Assembly (NCBI GenBank): GCA_951406725.2
Contig: OX597829.1
Span: 25,544,001-25,608,000 of the forward strand
Origin: Octopus vulgaris
Lineage: Eukaryota
Direction of reading: 5' to 3'
DNA: 64,000 nt
Below are positions 26,998-40,139 of the stretch, in pieces (positions within the stretch are counted from its first letter, which is position 1; the number at the start of each line of letters is the position of its first letter). A program made the position numbers and the translations under genes. The notes under the pieces were generated by a model that was not told the DNA's origin, searched no databases, and worked only from the letters and a program-made list of their open reading frames with translations.

Positions 26998-27107
26998 GAA
27001 AGCTTCTAATAATGCAGAAAGTCTTACAAAAAATTTATTATTTCAAGCACAAAGGCTTATCTTCAGAAGGAGGCAGTCCAGGAAATGTGCATTTACATCA
27101 ATCTCAT

Positions 27108-27517
27108 TACTCTTTACTCTTTTACTTGTTTCAGTCATTTGACTGCGGCCATGCTGGAGCACCGCCTTTTAGTCGAGCAAATCGACCCCGGGACTTATTC
27201 TTTGTAAGCCCAGTACTTATTCTAACGGTCTCTTTTGCCGAACCGCTAAGTAACGGGGACGTAAACACACCAGCATCGGTTGTCAAGCAATGCTAGGGGG
27301 ACAAACACAGACACACAAATACACACATACATATACATATATATATACATATATACGACAGGCTTCTTTCAGTTTCCGTCTACGAAATCCACTCACAAGG
27401 CTTTGGTCGGCCCGAGGCTATAGTAGAAGACACTTGCCCAAGGTGCCATACAGAGGGACTGAACCCGGAACCATGTGGTTGGTAAACAAGCTACTTACCA
27501 CACAGCCACTCCTGTGC
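27108..27517 (-). mobile_element. tRNA-derived SINE (family A)
   Basis: On -, head with A box TGGCTGTGTGG and B box GGTTCAGTCCC; (AAGAGTA)-like tail. Confidence 0.9.
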
Positions 27518-27676
27518 TATTCTATTTTATTCTATTTTATTTTATTTTATAAAACTTTCTGTGCTGTTTGAAGCTTTTTTTATTTTCCTTATGCACAAAC
27601 ACACACGCATATGAGTATGCATGTGTGCACATACAGTCACATGTGATGGTAAGCAACTAATTAATATAAAACAAAG

Positions 27677-27910
27677 GTGGCGAGCTGGCAGAAACGTTAG
27701 CACGCCGGGCGAAATGCGTTGCCGTATTTCGTCTGCTGTATTTCGTATTTCGAGTTCAAATTCCGCCAAGATTGACTTTGCCTTTCATCCTTTTGGGGTC
27801 GATAAATTAAGTACCAGTTACGCACTGGGGTCGATGTAATCGACTTAATCACTTTGTCTGTCCTTGTTTGTCTCCTCTGTGTTTAGCCCCTTGTGGGTAG
27901 TAAAGAAAGA
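27677..27910 (+). mobile_element. tRNA-derived SINE (family B), full length
   Basis: TSD aatataaaacaaag (27663-27676 and 27911-27924); gagttcaaattcc B box; core gcctttcatccttttggggtcgataaa. Confidence 0.9.
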
Positions 27911-28801
27911 AATATAAAACAAAGTGGAAGAATGATTGATAGAGTATTATTCTAACTGTTACTACAACTCTCACTTGTGTTTTGGTGGCTCTCAGGTGCT
28001 TTACATGAAATATCCAAATTGGTAATTAATGGTTTGAAATTTTGACTCAAGGCCAAAAATTTTGGGGAAAGGAATAAATCGATTAGATTGATGCCAGTGC
28101 ACAACTGGTATTTACTTTATTGACTCCAGAAGTATGAATGCCAAAGTCAACCTTGGAAGAATTCAAACTCAGAATGTAAAGATGTACGAAATGCTGCCAA
28201 GCATTTTGCCCAGTGGTAATTGTTAAAAATGATAAATCTAATGAGAGATTGTTTATAACTGGTATTTTGAAAACATTGTTTGTATTATATGTATGCATGC
28301 ATGTATGTGTGTGTATGTATGCATACACACACACACAGACACACACACACATGATCTTTCTTTCTTTTCTTGACTGCCGGCCGCCAACACCTCTTATGTC
28401 CATCCTATGTCCATCTCCTTTAGGCTTTCACTTCATACATGCCCACTCAATTGGATTTGTTTTCAGTCGAAAGACACATGTTATTTTCTTGTTTGTTTTT
28501 GTAATTGTGTACCATGTTCTCCGTTTTTTGCTTTTTTGCTTTTGTTGTCGTACATATTCGTGAGCTTTCTTACAAAGGGGTCTAATGCTCTTAGCTTAGA
28601 CTTTTTTGGGGGCATCCAGATCAAAACATTTCAAGTGTAACTGCCCAAAATGGTTGTGACTTCTGGTACTTGACTGACAAAAGAGCCAAGAATGACCAGT
28701 CTTTTTTTAGCCTATCCTTCTAATTGTTGTTTCTCTTGTTTGCCTTTGTACCGTCTATCTGTCTGAATGTTTTATTGTCCTTTATTGCATTTTTGTCCCA
28801 T

Positions 28802-28802
<1 letters not shown>

Positions 28803-28877
<75 letters not shown>

Positions 28878-28907
28878 GTATGTGTGTGTATGTGTGTGTG
28901 TGTATGA

Positions 28908-28947
<40 letters not shown>
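28803..28947. repeat. (TA)n/(TG)n microsatellite
   Basis: Direct inspection. Confidence 0.9.
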
Positions 28948-28951
<4 letters not shown>

Positions 28952-29670
28952 TCATTAAGTATGAAATTTGTAGTAAGGTATATGGTAAACTTTTGCACTT
29001 TATAAAATATTTTTACATTGTTTTTTTGCTATTTTTGTTTAGAGATAGATAAATTGGAAATTCGTACAGTTTTGAAATATGAGTTCTTTCTTGGAAATGC
29101 AGCATAACAGCTCGGAATATTAATGGAGTATTTCATTCTAATGTTATTACACAACAGACAGTATCAAATTGGTTTGAAAAATTTCGTTCTGGTAACTTTG
29201 ACCTCACAAATGAGCAACGCGGTTGACTAGAAACAAAAGTAGATAATAACGAACTGAAAGCCACTGTCGAGTCAGATCCATCTCAAAGTGCCCGTGAATT
29301 ATTGTTGTTGTTTGGTGTTAGCAAGCAAACAATATTGACTCGCCTAGTTCAAATCGGTAAAGTAAAAAAGTTGGATAAGTGGGTTCCACATGAACTCAAT
29401 GAAAATCAGAAACAACAATGTTTGGAAGCCTGCATTATGCCACTTTCTTGTCACAAAAAGGAATCATTTTTGAATCGAATTGTAACATGTAATGAGAAAT
29501 GGATCCAGTACAACAACCGTAAATGTTCAGCACAATGGTTGAACAAAGACGAGCTACCAAACCACAGTCCAAAAAGCAAAATTCATCAAAAGAAGCTGAT
29601 GGTGTGTGTTTAGTGGTCTGGCACAGGTGTGATCCATTATGATTTCATTAAACCTAGCTCATCAATCACG
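28947..29670 (+). pseudogene. Mariner transposase, 5' half (cecropia/Hsmar1-like), truncated
   Basis: KKLDKWVPHELNENQK..RIVTCNEKWIQYNN..KKLMVCV*W..GVIHY. Interrupted at about 29671 by another repeat. Confidence 0.9.
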
Positions 29671-29833
29671 ACTGGCAGGATGAAGCAGCTGACCTCCCTT
29701 GTTCGAAGGTTTTTAATGGACGCAGGTTCATATGTCAAATAGCTAGCTTGAGGCGGTGGCCTCATGGAGCTAACCAGCGACAGCTTTAGTCTTATATTTA
29801 TAAGACTGCCATATTAGTATGGCGATAACTATT
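29671..29833 (+). repeat. Diverged partial copy of the 363-bp unit
   Basis: ctgacctcccttgttcgaagg ... gccatattagtatggcgataactatta is shared with the array; the ribozyme part is absent. Confidence 0.85.
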
Positions 29834-29990
29834 AATATATATATATATAAGACTGAGGGCTTCGAATGTCCTGTCTGTGTTTGTTGTATCGTCTTCTAAG
29901 TTTTTATGCGTTCTTGTCTCAGTTTGTATTTTTCTACATATCATAATATATATATATATATATATATCATACACACAATATGAACATCGC

Positions 29991-30072
<82 letters not shown>

Positions 30073-30413
30073 TGTGTGTGTGTACATGGATATATAAAAA
30101 TATAAATATTATTGCAGATGCATACGCTTATACATATATACATGCAGCTTTCTGTCCATTTATACAAACTACGCAAGTATAACATACATCAATCTGAACA
30201 AGTCTATCTTGTCAATGCATTGTAATCTCTCTACAAATCTTTATTTTCACATGGATCTCCATTCATATAATTTACTCTTTTTAGTTTTGATATTTTAACC
30301 TTCTTTGTTTTTTTTTTATCTCTCAGTCTATATTGTTAATGTCCCAGAGGACACCGAGAACATTGATTGCAATTATAAGATATTCTTCCATCGAACACAA
30401 TGATATACTGACT

Positions 30414-30467
<54 letters not shown>

Positions 30468-30799
30468 TGGAGATGCAAGCACTCATGTTTATGCATGTGT
30501 ACACATACACACCCATATACTCACACTTCTGGATATGAATTTCATAGAGAATACAGATAGATACCAATTCATGGCACGCAAACACTGATGCTACACATAT
30601 ACCACACAGTAATTCAATGGAAATGATTCTACAATTTCACATACATACATAAGCATCACTCTACTCATCTAGGCTCTTTGATTATTTGACATGATTTTTA
30701 TTGTATATACTGGCAGAAATATTGCCCTCCTGGTGGTTTTCTGCTGGGACAATGTAATGCATGCTTGTAGGAAACTGCTATGAAGTATCTTTCTATATA

Positions 30800-31140
30800 A
30801 ATCTGAGTCTGAGATCCCCTTCGGTCATAACACTGACCGTAGGGTTGCACCTAGAAAGTTACCCTCCCAGACACAAGTTCAGGCAAGGTTGTTTTTATGG
30901 AAGACCACCAATCGCCCATGCATACCAGCCTTCCCTCTCCATGCCACCAGTGTTATCCAAGGGAAATCAACGGCCGATACAGCTTTGGTACCTGTGATGT
31001 TGCAACTTATTTCTACAGCTGAGTGAACTGGAACAACGTGAAATAAAGTGTCTTGCTCAAGAACACAACATGCAGCCCGGTCTGGGATTTGAGCTCACAA
31101 CCTCATGATCGTAAGCTCGATGCTCTAACCACTGAGCCAT
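30800..31140 (-). mobile_element. tRNA-derived SINE (third family)
   Basis: On -, head atggctcagtggttagagcatcg..gagctcaaatccc is tRNA-like. Confidence 0.65.
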
Positions 31141-31174
31141 ACATACATACATATATACATATATACATATACAT

Positions 31175-31728
31175 GAAGAGCACCTATCGAGTGTTGGGCC
31201 TTATGTTGGCAATGATGAATGACTGAGACCTTTGACAATATGCTATGCTTGAGAAGAAGGCTCATCAATCTAAGTAAAATTGCAGTTGTGGCAGATACCG
31301 GTGTCACACAAATGGCACCTGTGCTGGTGGTAGATAAAAGCACCTTTCGAGTGTTGGGCTCCACAGAGGCAAGGACTGAGACCATTTGGCATTATGCCAG
31401 GCTTTGAGCATTAGGCCTTGTGAAGGCAATGGCCGAGTCCATTTGACATTATGCCATGCTTGAGAAGAAGACCCATCAAACCAAGTAAAACCACAGTTGT
31501 GAGAGATACCAGTGTCATGCAAATTGCACCTGTGACAGTGGCAAGTAAAAGTACCCATTACACTCTTAGAGTGGTTGGTTTTAGGAAGGGCATCCAGCTG
31601 TAGATATCATGCCAAATCAGACTCTGGTGCAGCCTCCCACCTAGCTAGTCATGGTCAAACCATCCAACCTATGCCAGCATGGACAATGGACGTTAAATGG
31701 TGGTGGTGATGATGATGATGATGATGAT
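31175..31728 (+). mobile_element. RTE-tail repeat (family C) with internal duplication
   Basis: Duplicated tgcttgagaagaag..cagttgtg..gatacc unit; ends in ggaagggcatccagctg..(GAT)n. Confidence 0.7.
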
Positions 31729-31765
31729 ATAAATAATACACATATAATATATATATATATATATA

Positions 31766-33035
31766 TTGGGTTGGCAACTAAGTTCCCGCCGCTTTTTAAA
31801 ATTTTGGAATTTATTGCGTTTTTTAAATTTTGGAATCTATCTTTTTCAAGAATTCTATTTTTGAATCATTTTGGAATCTATTTTTTTTTTCTAGTTAATT
31901 TTAGTTTATTTTCAGATCATTAAAATGGAATGTCAAGTTAAGAAAAATGAGCATTTTCAACACCTCCTTTTTGCTTTTAATCAAGGTTCTAAGGCCACAA
32001 AAGCTGCTTGCAACATTTATGCTATGTATGGAGAGGGTGCCATAGATGAAAGACCTGCTCGTGATTGGTATGCCAAGTTCACAAATGGAAATTTTGACCT
32101 CAAAGACACCTCGTTCTGGCTGTCCAGTTGAGTTCGATGAAGAGCGATTAAACCAACTTTTGCATGAAAATTCTTGTCAAATGACAAGGGAACTGGCAGA
32201 GAAAATGGAATGCTCCCACACTGCTATAGAGAAGCATCTTCACTCAATGGGAAATGTTCAGAAGTATGGAGCATGGGTTCTGCATACTTTAAGTGACAAC
32301 AACAAAAATCAACAAGCCACAATCTCCTCTGGTTTGGTTGCTCATCACCGCTCAACTCATGGGCACAAGCAACAATTTATTTTGCAAATCGTTACTGGCA
32401 ATGAAAAATGGTGCCTGTACATCAATATGAAGCAATGTAAGGAATGGCTTAGCCCCGGTAAACAAGCGACACTGTGTGTAAAACAAGATCTTCGTCTGAG
32501 TAAAATAATCTGCATATGGTGGGACTGGGAAGGGATTATCCATTACGAATTGCTTGAACGGAACCAAACGGACAGCGTGGAACTATATGTTCAACAGATG
32601 GAAGATTCAACATGGCTATTCAAAAGAAAAGACCTAATCATCAGCATGGAGTTCTGCTGCACGACAACGCCCACCCTCATATCACCAATATGACCAAGGA
32701 AACCAGTCAAACGCATGGCTGGGAAATGCTGCCACACCCGCTGTAACCTCCATATTTGGCACCAATGGATTTCCACCTCTTTCGATTTCTTTCAAATGCT
32801 ATGTGTGGAGTTTTGTTCAATACTGATGCAGAATTGAGAGCTTGGTTGGATCAATTTTTGAAGTTGAAATTGGGTGATTTCTGCCAACAAAGTATTGAAA
32901 ATCTTGTTGAATGTTGGGAAGAAGTTGTAAACAACAAGGGTGAATACATTATTGATTAATTAGTTGTTATTTTTTATTAAACTTTTTAAAAAATTTAAAT
33001 AAAAAAAAACGACGAGAACTTAGTTGCCAACCTAA
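31766..33035 (+). mobile_element. Full-length mariner (DD34D) element, inactive
   Basis: 1270 bp. TIRs ttgggttggcaactaagttccc and gagaacttagttgccaacctaa, with TA on both sides. Confidence 0.93.
31925..32959 (+). pseudogene. Mariner transposase pseudogene
   Basis: Frameshifted ORFs with WVLHTL, VTGNEKW (catalytic D to N), HDNAHPH and LAPMDFHLF, ending GEYIID*. Confidence 0.92.
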
Positions 33036-33046
33036 TATATATTACG

Positions 33047-33362
33047 GAGATGTACTTGTATAGAAAGTGATCTGATCTGAGATTGTGCGCTAGAACGAAA
33101 ACAATTGCAGCATGGAAGGTGTTTATAAGCCATTTAAGAAACACACAAAATCCGTTAGATTCACTTCAATATTCAAATTTAATTTGTCAAAATATTTTCG
33201 TCACTTTGAGACCACAACCTAGCACGGAATTTTGTCAGTGAACAGGTCGTGGTCTCAAAGCGAAGAAAATGTTTTGACAAATTAAATTTAAATGTTGAGG
33301 TGAATCTAACGGATTTTGTGTGCTTCTTAAATGGCTTATAAACACCTTCCACGCTGCAGTTG
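33047..33362. repeat. Second copy of the palindromic pLTR-like repeat
   Basis: Same sequence as 24300-24636 in opposite overall orientation, with a different inversion junction (about 33220). Hammerhead-like motif at 33231-33281. Confidence 0.85.
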
Positions 33363-33373
33363 TTATATATATA

Positions 33374-33412
<39 letters not shown>

Positions 33413-33699
33413 ATGGTGATGATATATATATATATATATAAATGCAAGTAATTAGAAAATGGAGAAAAACACAGATTAACCAACACACCGCTTGGACCAC
33501 ATTTATAGCTTATTTTTTTTAATACAAAGCATGACATAACAAAATAGGTGATGTAACCTATCTGATGGCTGTTACTGATCAGTTGCCAAAATGCAGGAAT
33601 AAAGTTCTTCATCTTCATAGGGCATTCCAATTTAGGCAATGGATCTTCATCAGAGTAAAAAACAAGAGCATATAATATAAACAAAAGGTAGTTTATATC

Positions 33700-34980
33700 T
33701 TTAGACTCAGGTTATATATCCTAACATTTCTTATCTCAAATTGTTATCCCTGTCTTCTAAAAGGGAAACAGATTTCTTGCAGTTAACTACCACTTAATTT
33801 TATTCACCTCCTGTATCATCAAAATATTTGAAAGGGTAGTGTGATTAAGAATAACTAACTTCCTGGAGAGTAATAATGTTCTAAATTTCAAGCAGAATAG
33901 CTTTCATTGTGGTAGAGCCTCCCTAACAGCAGCTTTTACATAATTTTTGATGATATTCAAAAAGTTTTGGGAGAGGCTCAAACACTGATGTTATGTTGAC
34001 TTCAGTAAAGCATTTGACTGAGTCAACCACAATATTCTGTTAAAATTTTCCACTATTGAAATACATGGTAAGCTACTGTACTGGGTCATATATTTATTGG
34101 TGAATTGAACCCAACAAGTTGTGAATAATGGAATCCACTCACACCCAATAAAAGTCACCAGAGGTGTTTTTCAAAGGACTGTATTGGGCCCACATCTCTT
34201 CATAGTCAATATAAATGGTATCTCAAATGTAATCAAGTATAGTGAGAAAAAAAAATCATAGATGACTCCAAGCTCTAAAATCTATCAAAGGAGAAGACCA
34301 AACAAAGCTCCAGTCTGATCTGCATGTTGTAAGTTAATGAATAAACAGAAACATGCTGTGAATTGAGGGAAAATTTGAATTCCTGCATTTGGGAAACAAG
34401 AATGCCCTGAAACAACCATACCCTCTTCTTTGTGAAAACCACTCATGGCATCCAGTAATATCAGAGACCTTGGAGAATTTGTTGATAACAATCTCAGCTG
34501 GAATACTTACATCAGCAATAAAGTTGATATGACTCACAAAATCCTCAGAGTTTTCCTGGATACTCAGAACTTTCAGTCCAGGGAGTCAGATGTCACTATT
34601 CCCTTTCTTCTCCTCCTTTGTATAGCCATACCTAGAATACTACTGCCCCTGTGGTCTCCCCATATCAAACAGAACATTACAATAACTGGGACATCTGGGA
34701 GAGTAATTACATAAAATTATAAAAGCATGACTTGTCTTGATTATTGGGACTGCCTTAAAACAGTGAAATTCTGTTTCCTACATTGTTGTGAGTACTAAAT
34801 CATTTGCACAATGTGGAGAACATACTACCAGATTTGCCCAAACGACTTCATCATTAAGTTCATAATTCATCTAGGGCTGGAACTCCATCTTATATGCTCC
34901 TTACACAACTCAAGTCCACAAACACATAACTATATTGCAATGCAATTACTTTTCCTCTGCAGGTTTTGCTCTATTTAATA
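33700..34980 (+). mobile_element. CR1/L2-like LINE RT pseudogene fragment
   Basis: VDFSKAFD*VNH, GVFQRTVLGPHLF, DDSKL and RDLGEFVDNNLSW; degenerate. Continues briefly after the Helitron. Confidence 0.8.
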
Positions 34981-35377
34981 CTAGCAGTATCGCCCGGCGT
35001 TGCTCGGGTTTGTAAGGGAAATAACTATATAAGCATTTTTAGAGATGTAAAATATAATAGCCATCTCAATATGGTTAACCACAAAGGTGGGGGTGTTACT
35101 GTAGCTTTTTATGTTCTGAGATTTAATAATACATTTTTAGAGAGTTACTTCCCTTATATATGCCAAAAATGCATTAAAAATGGGAAAAATTGATGGTAAA
35201 TTTTAAAAAAAATCGTAGACTCATCGTAGACGCGCGCTAATACCCAGAAGGGCTCGATATGAATCACAACTATAAGATACCCGGTTTTGGTTAAACTGCA
35301 CCGCAAAATGTGGGAGTAGTTAGGAATCTAAATCGTAGGAGACAGACAGCACACAACCTCACTTTTATATATAAAGA
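34981..35377 (-). mobile_element. Non-autonomous Helitron
   Basis: On -: A|TCtttatatataaaag ... hairpin cccg-agcaacgc-cggg, then 8 nt, then CTAG|T. Inserted at an AT target with no TSD. Confidence 0.85.
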
Positions 35378-36094
35378 TTATCTGAAAATAAATCAAAGAA
35401 GAAAAAGATCCAATAAACTTCAAACTGGACACATCTCTTCAAGGGGTACCAGAAAAATCATCAATACCTGGATACATCTCAGTCAACAACATCCTTATTT
35501 GAACAGACTATGATATCACAAAACTTGACTTTTCCTTTCCTGTCCCTGTATTATACTTAAGTCATGCATTGCCTGGCATAAAGCTATGTCCTTCAATATT
35601 ATTTACCCCTCAGTTTAAGCGTTGAGGAGAGTTGTTTATTTAATCCTTGATATATATAAATATATATCAAGGATTAAATAAAAGAACCCAATAAGTGGAA
35701 AATTTAACAAAAGCATAACAAACAGAATGGAAAATTTGCAGCTAATTCCTCATCAGTCACTGTCCAAGAGATCATAGTGGTTACACACTTTCAACATTGT
35801 TACCACTCCATCTTGGCAGTGCCAAAGCAGAAAGCTTCTGGGAATAGCTAACAAACATAAGACAAGGACAAAAACAAACAAGACAAACTAAAATAATATA
35901 ACAATTGTATGTATACAAAAAGAAAAATAATAATAATTATGCATGCACAATGGGAAAAGGCCTTTCAGCCATCAAATGGATGGATGTGTATGTATATGTG
36001 TATATATATGCATTATACACGCGTGCACGCACACACACACACATTTATATGTGTAGGTATGTATTTTATATATATATGTATATATATATGTATG

Positions 36095-36149
<55 letters not shown>

Positions 36150-36159
36150 GTATATATAT

Positions 36160-36640
36160 GTAATTGTAGAAGGAGCTTGTGGTAGAGGTAGACCCAGGAA
36201 GACAGGACAAAGTGGTGAGAAAGGATCTACAGACTTTGGGATTCTCAGAGGCGATGACAGGCGATTAAGACTCTTGGGAGTTTGCTGTGCTTGAAAAGAC
36301 ATGCCAAGCTAAGCAAAAGCATGGTTGCCCTTGCATATAGGCTCGTCTCCCGCAACCCTCTCCAACTGAACATCCCTAATCTTGTGGGCTTGTAGGTGCT
36401 AGTGCCATGTAAAAAGCACTCATACAAGTATCATGTAAATGCACCTGTGCTGGTGCTGTGTCAAAGCACCCACTACACTTTGTAAAGTGGCTGGCATTAG
36501 GAAGGGCATCCAGGTGTAGAAACCATGCCAAAGCAGAGAAATGGAGCCTGGTGTAGCTCTCCAGCTTGCCAGCTCTTGTCAAACCATCCAACTGATGCCA
36601 GCATGGAAAATAGACATTAAATGATGATGGCGATGATAAT
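36160..36640 (+). mobile_element. RTE 3' end with family C tail
   Basis: [13 protein letters not shown] followed by the ggaagggcatccag..gatgatg tail; links family C to RTE 3' ends. Confidence 0.7.
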
Positions 36641-37334
36641 GTATGTATGTATGTATGTATGTATGTATGTATGTATGTATGTATGTATGTATGTATGTAT
36701 GCATGCATGCATGCATGCATGCATGTATGTATGTATGCATGCATGTATGTATGTATGTATGTGTAAGGATCAAAGTTCTTTTCCAAGCCATGGGCTCATG
36801 AGGCCAGTTTCCATGTTTCTGTGACATATATATTCCCTCCCTGGACAGGATGCTGATCTCTTGCAGGATTATTCACTTTTGCCAGCTGAATGGGTTGGAG
36901 AAATATGAAATAAAGTGCTCTTGTTAAAAACATAAAGCGTCACTTTGTCCAGGAATCAAAAGTTAACCATTAAGTTACAGGGATGTAAACAACCCAACAC
37001 TGGCTGTCAAGTGGTGGTCACATACATGCACACAAACCCATGCACACACACACACTCACACTCACACACAGGCACATACACACATATGATGACCATCATT
37101 TAGTTTTCCATCAACTAAATTCACTCACAAGGATTTGGCTAGCCCAGGGCTATATTAAAAGACATTTGACCCAGGTGATATGAAGTGGGACTGAACTTCA
37201 CCCATGTGGTTGGGAAGCAAAATTCTTATCACACAGTTTTGCCTGTACCTCTATAGTTACAGACACATCCCATGTGAAAATAAAAGTATTTTAAAAACTC
37301 AAAAATATCAACTAGATTATGACTGTGAGATAAC

Positions 37335-38035
37335 AGCTTATCTAAAGTAGCAACACTCAGCTTCCATCATGGCCTCATGATGACTCCAGAACCCGACAGA
37401 TGTGTTCCTCACTGTGTCCCTTGCAAGATCTTCAAGTACTTCCTTGACCACAGGCGCCAGCTTGACCCTGGCATTGCAGGTAGAGTGGTTGGTGTCTTTC
37501 TCAACTGTGTCTCACACATAGTAATTCTTGGAACAACAATTGGAGGAATTACAAGGTCAGAACCTGGAGCTGGTAAAGTCATCGAAATTTTCTAACAACC
37601 TCCTCTGACACTTGCTGAAGGTTTGGCAAAGAATTAAATTCTGTTGCCACAAATATGGCCTTCTTGCAGCAACCCTCACTATCCAGAGACTGACCACAAT
37701 CTCCAGCAGCTTCACATTGCTGTCTGAATTGTGCCCAAGGCTCTGTTCAAAGATATGGGGACAAATTCTGATATGTGGACACAGTCATTATACTTGCTGT
37801 GTCCCTTCATGCTGGCCTTGGCTAGGTAGTCTCTGTCCCTGCTGTTCACTACAGCCTTTACAGTGTTCATAGAGCATTGAGCACCAGTTATGATGTTGGC
37901 ATTTTGAAACTCAGTGCAAATCACCATGATACCAGTGACTTTTTTACCAATATGTGAGCCTACTTTTTCTTGGCAACAGCTTTAATCTTTAAGCTCTACA
38001 ATGCCATTGATTGTTCACCGATATATCAAACTGTT
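37335..38035 (-). pseudogene. Internally deleted Tc1/mariner-superfamily (maT/DD37D-like) transposase remnant
   Basis: N-terminal AQCSMNTVKAV. C-terminal part reads LWIVRVAARRPYLWQQ..ENFDDFTS..NYYV..VEKDTN..EAMMEAECCYF, colinear with maT-type transposases; the catalytic residues are decayed. Confidence 0.65.
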
Positions 38036-39069
38036 CCTGAAAGAAAGGAGACATAAATAATTGTGAAATTTAACCTCAACACCCTGCACATATGTATGTG
38101 TGTGTGTGTGTGCATTTATATTAGACATATGCGTACATATTATGCATATTTACTTTTATTCCACATTGAATGAGAAAAGAATTAAAGTGATTTATTTTCA
38201 TGTTTTTTGTTCTATCATCATTATTTCTCTTTTTTTTAAAAAAAATTAATTCTTCTCACATAACAGACCCAAAGGTGTTCATTAAAACATCATTAGGCTT
38301 TTTATAACAACAACAACAAAAAAAAAAGAACACAAGCAAAATAACAATGAATGATTAGCTTCATTCTCCCCCTCCCTTCCTCACCACCACCACCACCACC
38401 ACTCACACACCACAGCAATTCTCACAAAAAGAAAAGAACCGCCCCCTCCAACCAGCATTTGTTTTAGCAGTTACCTCAACTTTTTACCTTCACTATCTTC
38501 CATGTCAGTCAATAACAGCCATGGGGTTGTATTAATATCATTTATAGACATTGTTGCTATTGTTGTTGTTGTTATTATTATTACTAATATTATTATTATT
38601 TGAACTGTGTTTGACCCTAGTTTACTCTAATGTTTCCTCTTAAGAAGATAATGTCTCAATGAAAGCATTTATCTTTTTTATTTATCCATTTATTTATTTA
38701 CTATATATATATATATATATATAAATGTGAGTATGTATATTTTTAAGTATATGTTTGTTATGTGTGTGTACACTTTGTCCTCTATTATATACACATACAG
38801 TTAGGAACATATTTATATAACAAGATTTAAGCTGATATATTAAAAACTAAGAACTGTGTGTATCTTCTATTAATAAGTACCTTGATGTATGTATATGTAA
38901 AATAAAATGTGTGGGTGCGTGAGCATACATACATATATATATGTTCACACATGTAAATTAGAGTTTGTATCTACCTTGCATGTATGTATCTATTGTATGC
39001 TCATACGTATATACATACATGCACACACACATGTATGTACATAATTATAAGCAATAACATCTACTTTTT

Positions 39070-39410
39070 TTTCTTTTATCTGTTTGTCATTTGACTGCGG
39101 CCATGCTGGAGCACCAGTTTTAGTCAAACAAATCAACCATAGGACTTATTCTTTGTAAGCCTAGTAATTATTCTATCAGTCTCTTAGGCCGAACTGCTAA
39201 GTTACAGGTACGTAAACACACCAACATCAGTTGTCAAGCAATGGTGGGGGTACAAACACAAATACATAATATCAAACGCACAGTTTCCGTCTACCAAATC
39301 CACTCACAAGACTTTGGTTGGCCCGAGGCAACTTGTCCAAGGTGCTACACAGTGGGACTGAACCTGGAACCATGTGGTTGGTAAGGAAGCTACTTACCAC
39401 ACAGCCACTC
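39070..39410 (-). mobile_element. tRNA-derived SINE (family A), partly deleted
   Basis: Same sequence as the 27108 copy. Confidence 0.8.
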
Positions 39411-40139
39411 ATCACTCCCCACCTTTTTTTTCTCTTTTTTTATACTTACATGTTTCACTCATCCCACTGTCAATCACACTTTCTTCTTTTCACTGTATAA
39501 TGATTCCAATGAAAAAATAAAAGGCAAATATTTTCTTTTGTCCTAACCTCTCATATCTTTGAGACTGCACCCTCCCTTCCATTTACTATACCATGTCACC
39601 CTGTGTCATGAGTGATGGTAGAGGATCTATCTATAGTCTATCCTCTCCCTACACCTATCCTTATCCCACTTCTTTATCCCTGTCCTGGGGCCTATGTGTA
39701 AGGGATTGCATCAGATACACTCTATCATCCATTACCCACTCCCCATTTCTATTATTATCCATCCTGCTGTCTCTTCATTTACCACCTTCTCTCTCAGTTG
39801 TACTTTTGCTCACTTTTACTCAGCCAGCTTGTTTCGGGTATTTGCTCTCTTGTCTCTTCTGTTAACCCCAGTCACATCATAGGGTAGTGAGATGTATAAT
39901 TTTGTAAGTTACAGTAACATCCCATTTGTGCTGCTGGAGTTATGAACAAAGAAGATGAGGAGTCCATCCAGAGGACCCTTAGATCTATTTTGTTTCCTTC
40001 TAACCACAAATCTTAAACTGGAAATTTTCAAAAAAAGTTCTTTTGATATAGTTTTACACGATTATGAATATCATAGTTATTATTTTGAAACATTTATAAT
40101 TAAACTTTGACTGCTTCTATCTTGTTAATTTATTTTTTA

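Noticed and set aside
27440-27517. tRNA gene
   Set aside because: The A/B boxes belong to a SINE head that continues into the SINE body; no complete cloverleaf.
37712-38040. Apparent host exon on - (acceptor near 38038 and a 71-aa ORF)
   Set aside because: The sequence is colinear with a decayed transposase; no evidence of a host protein.
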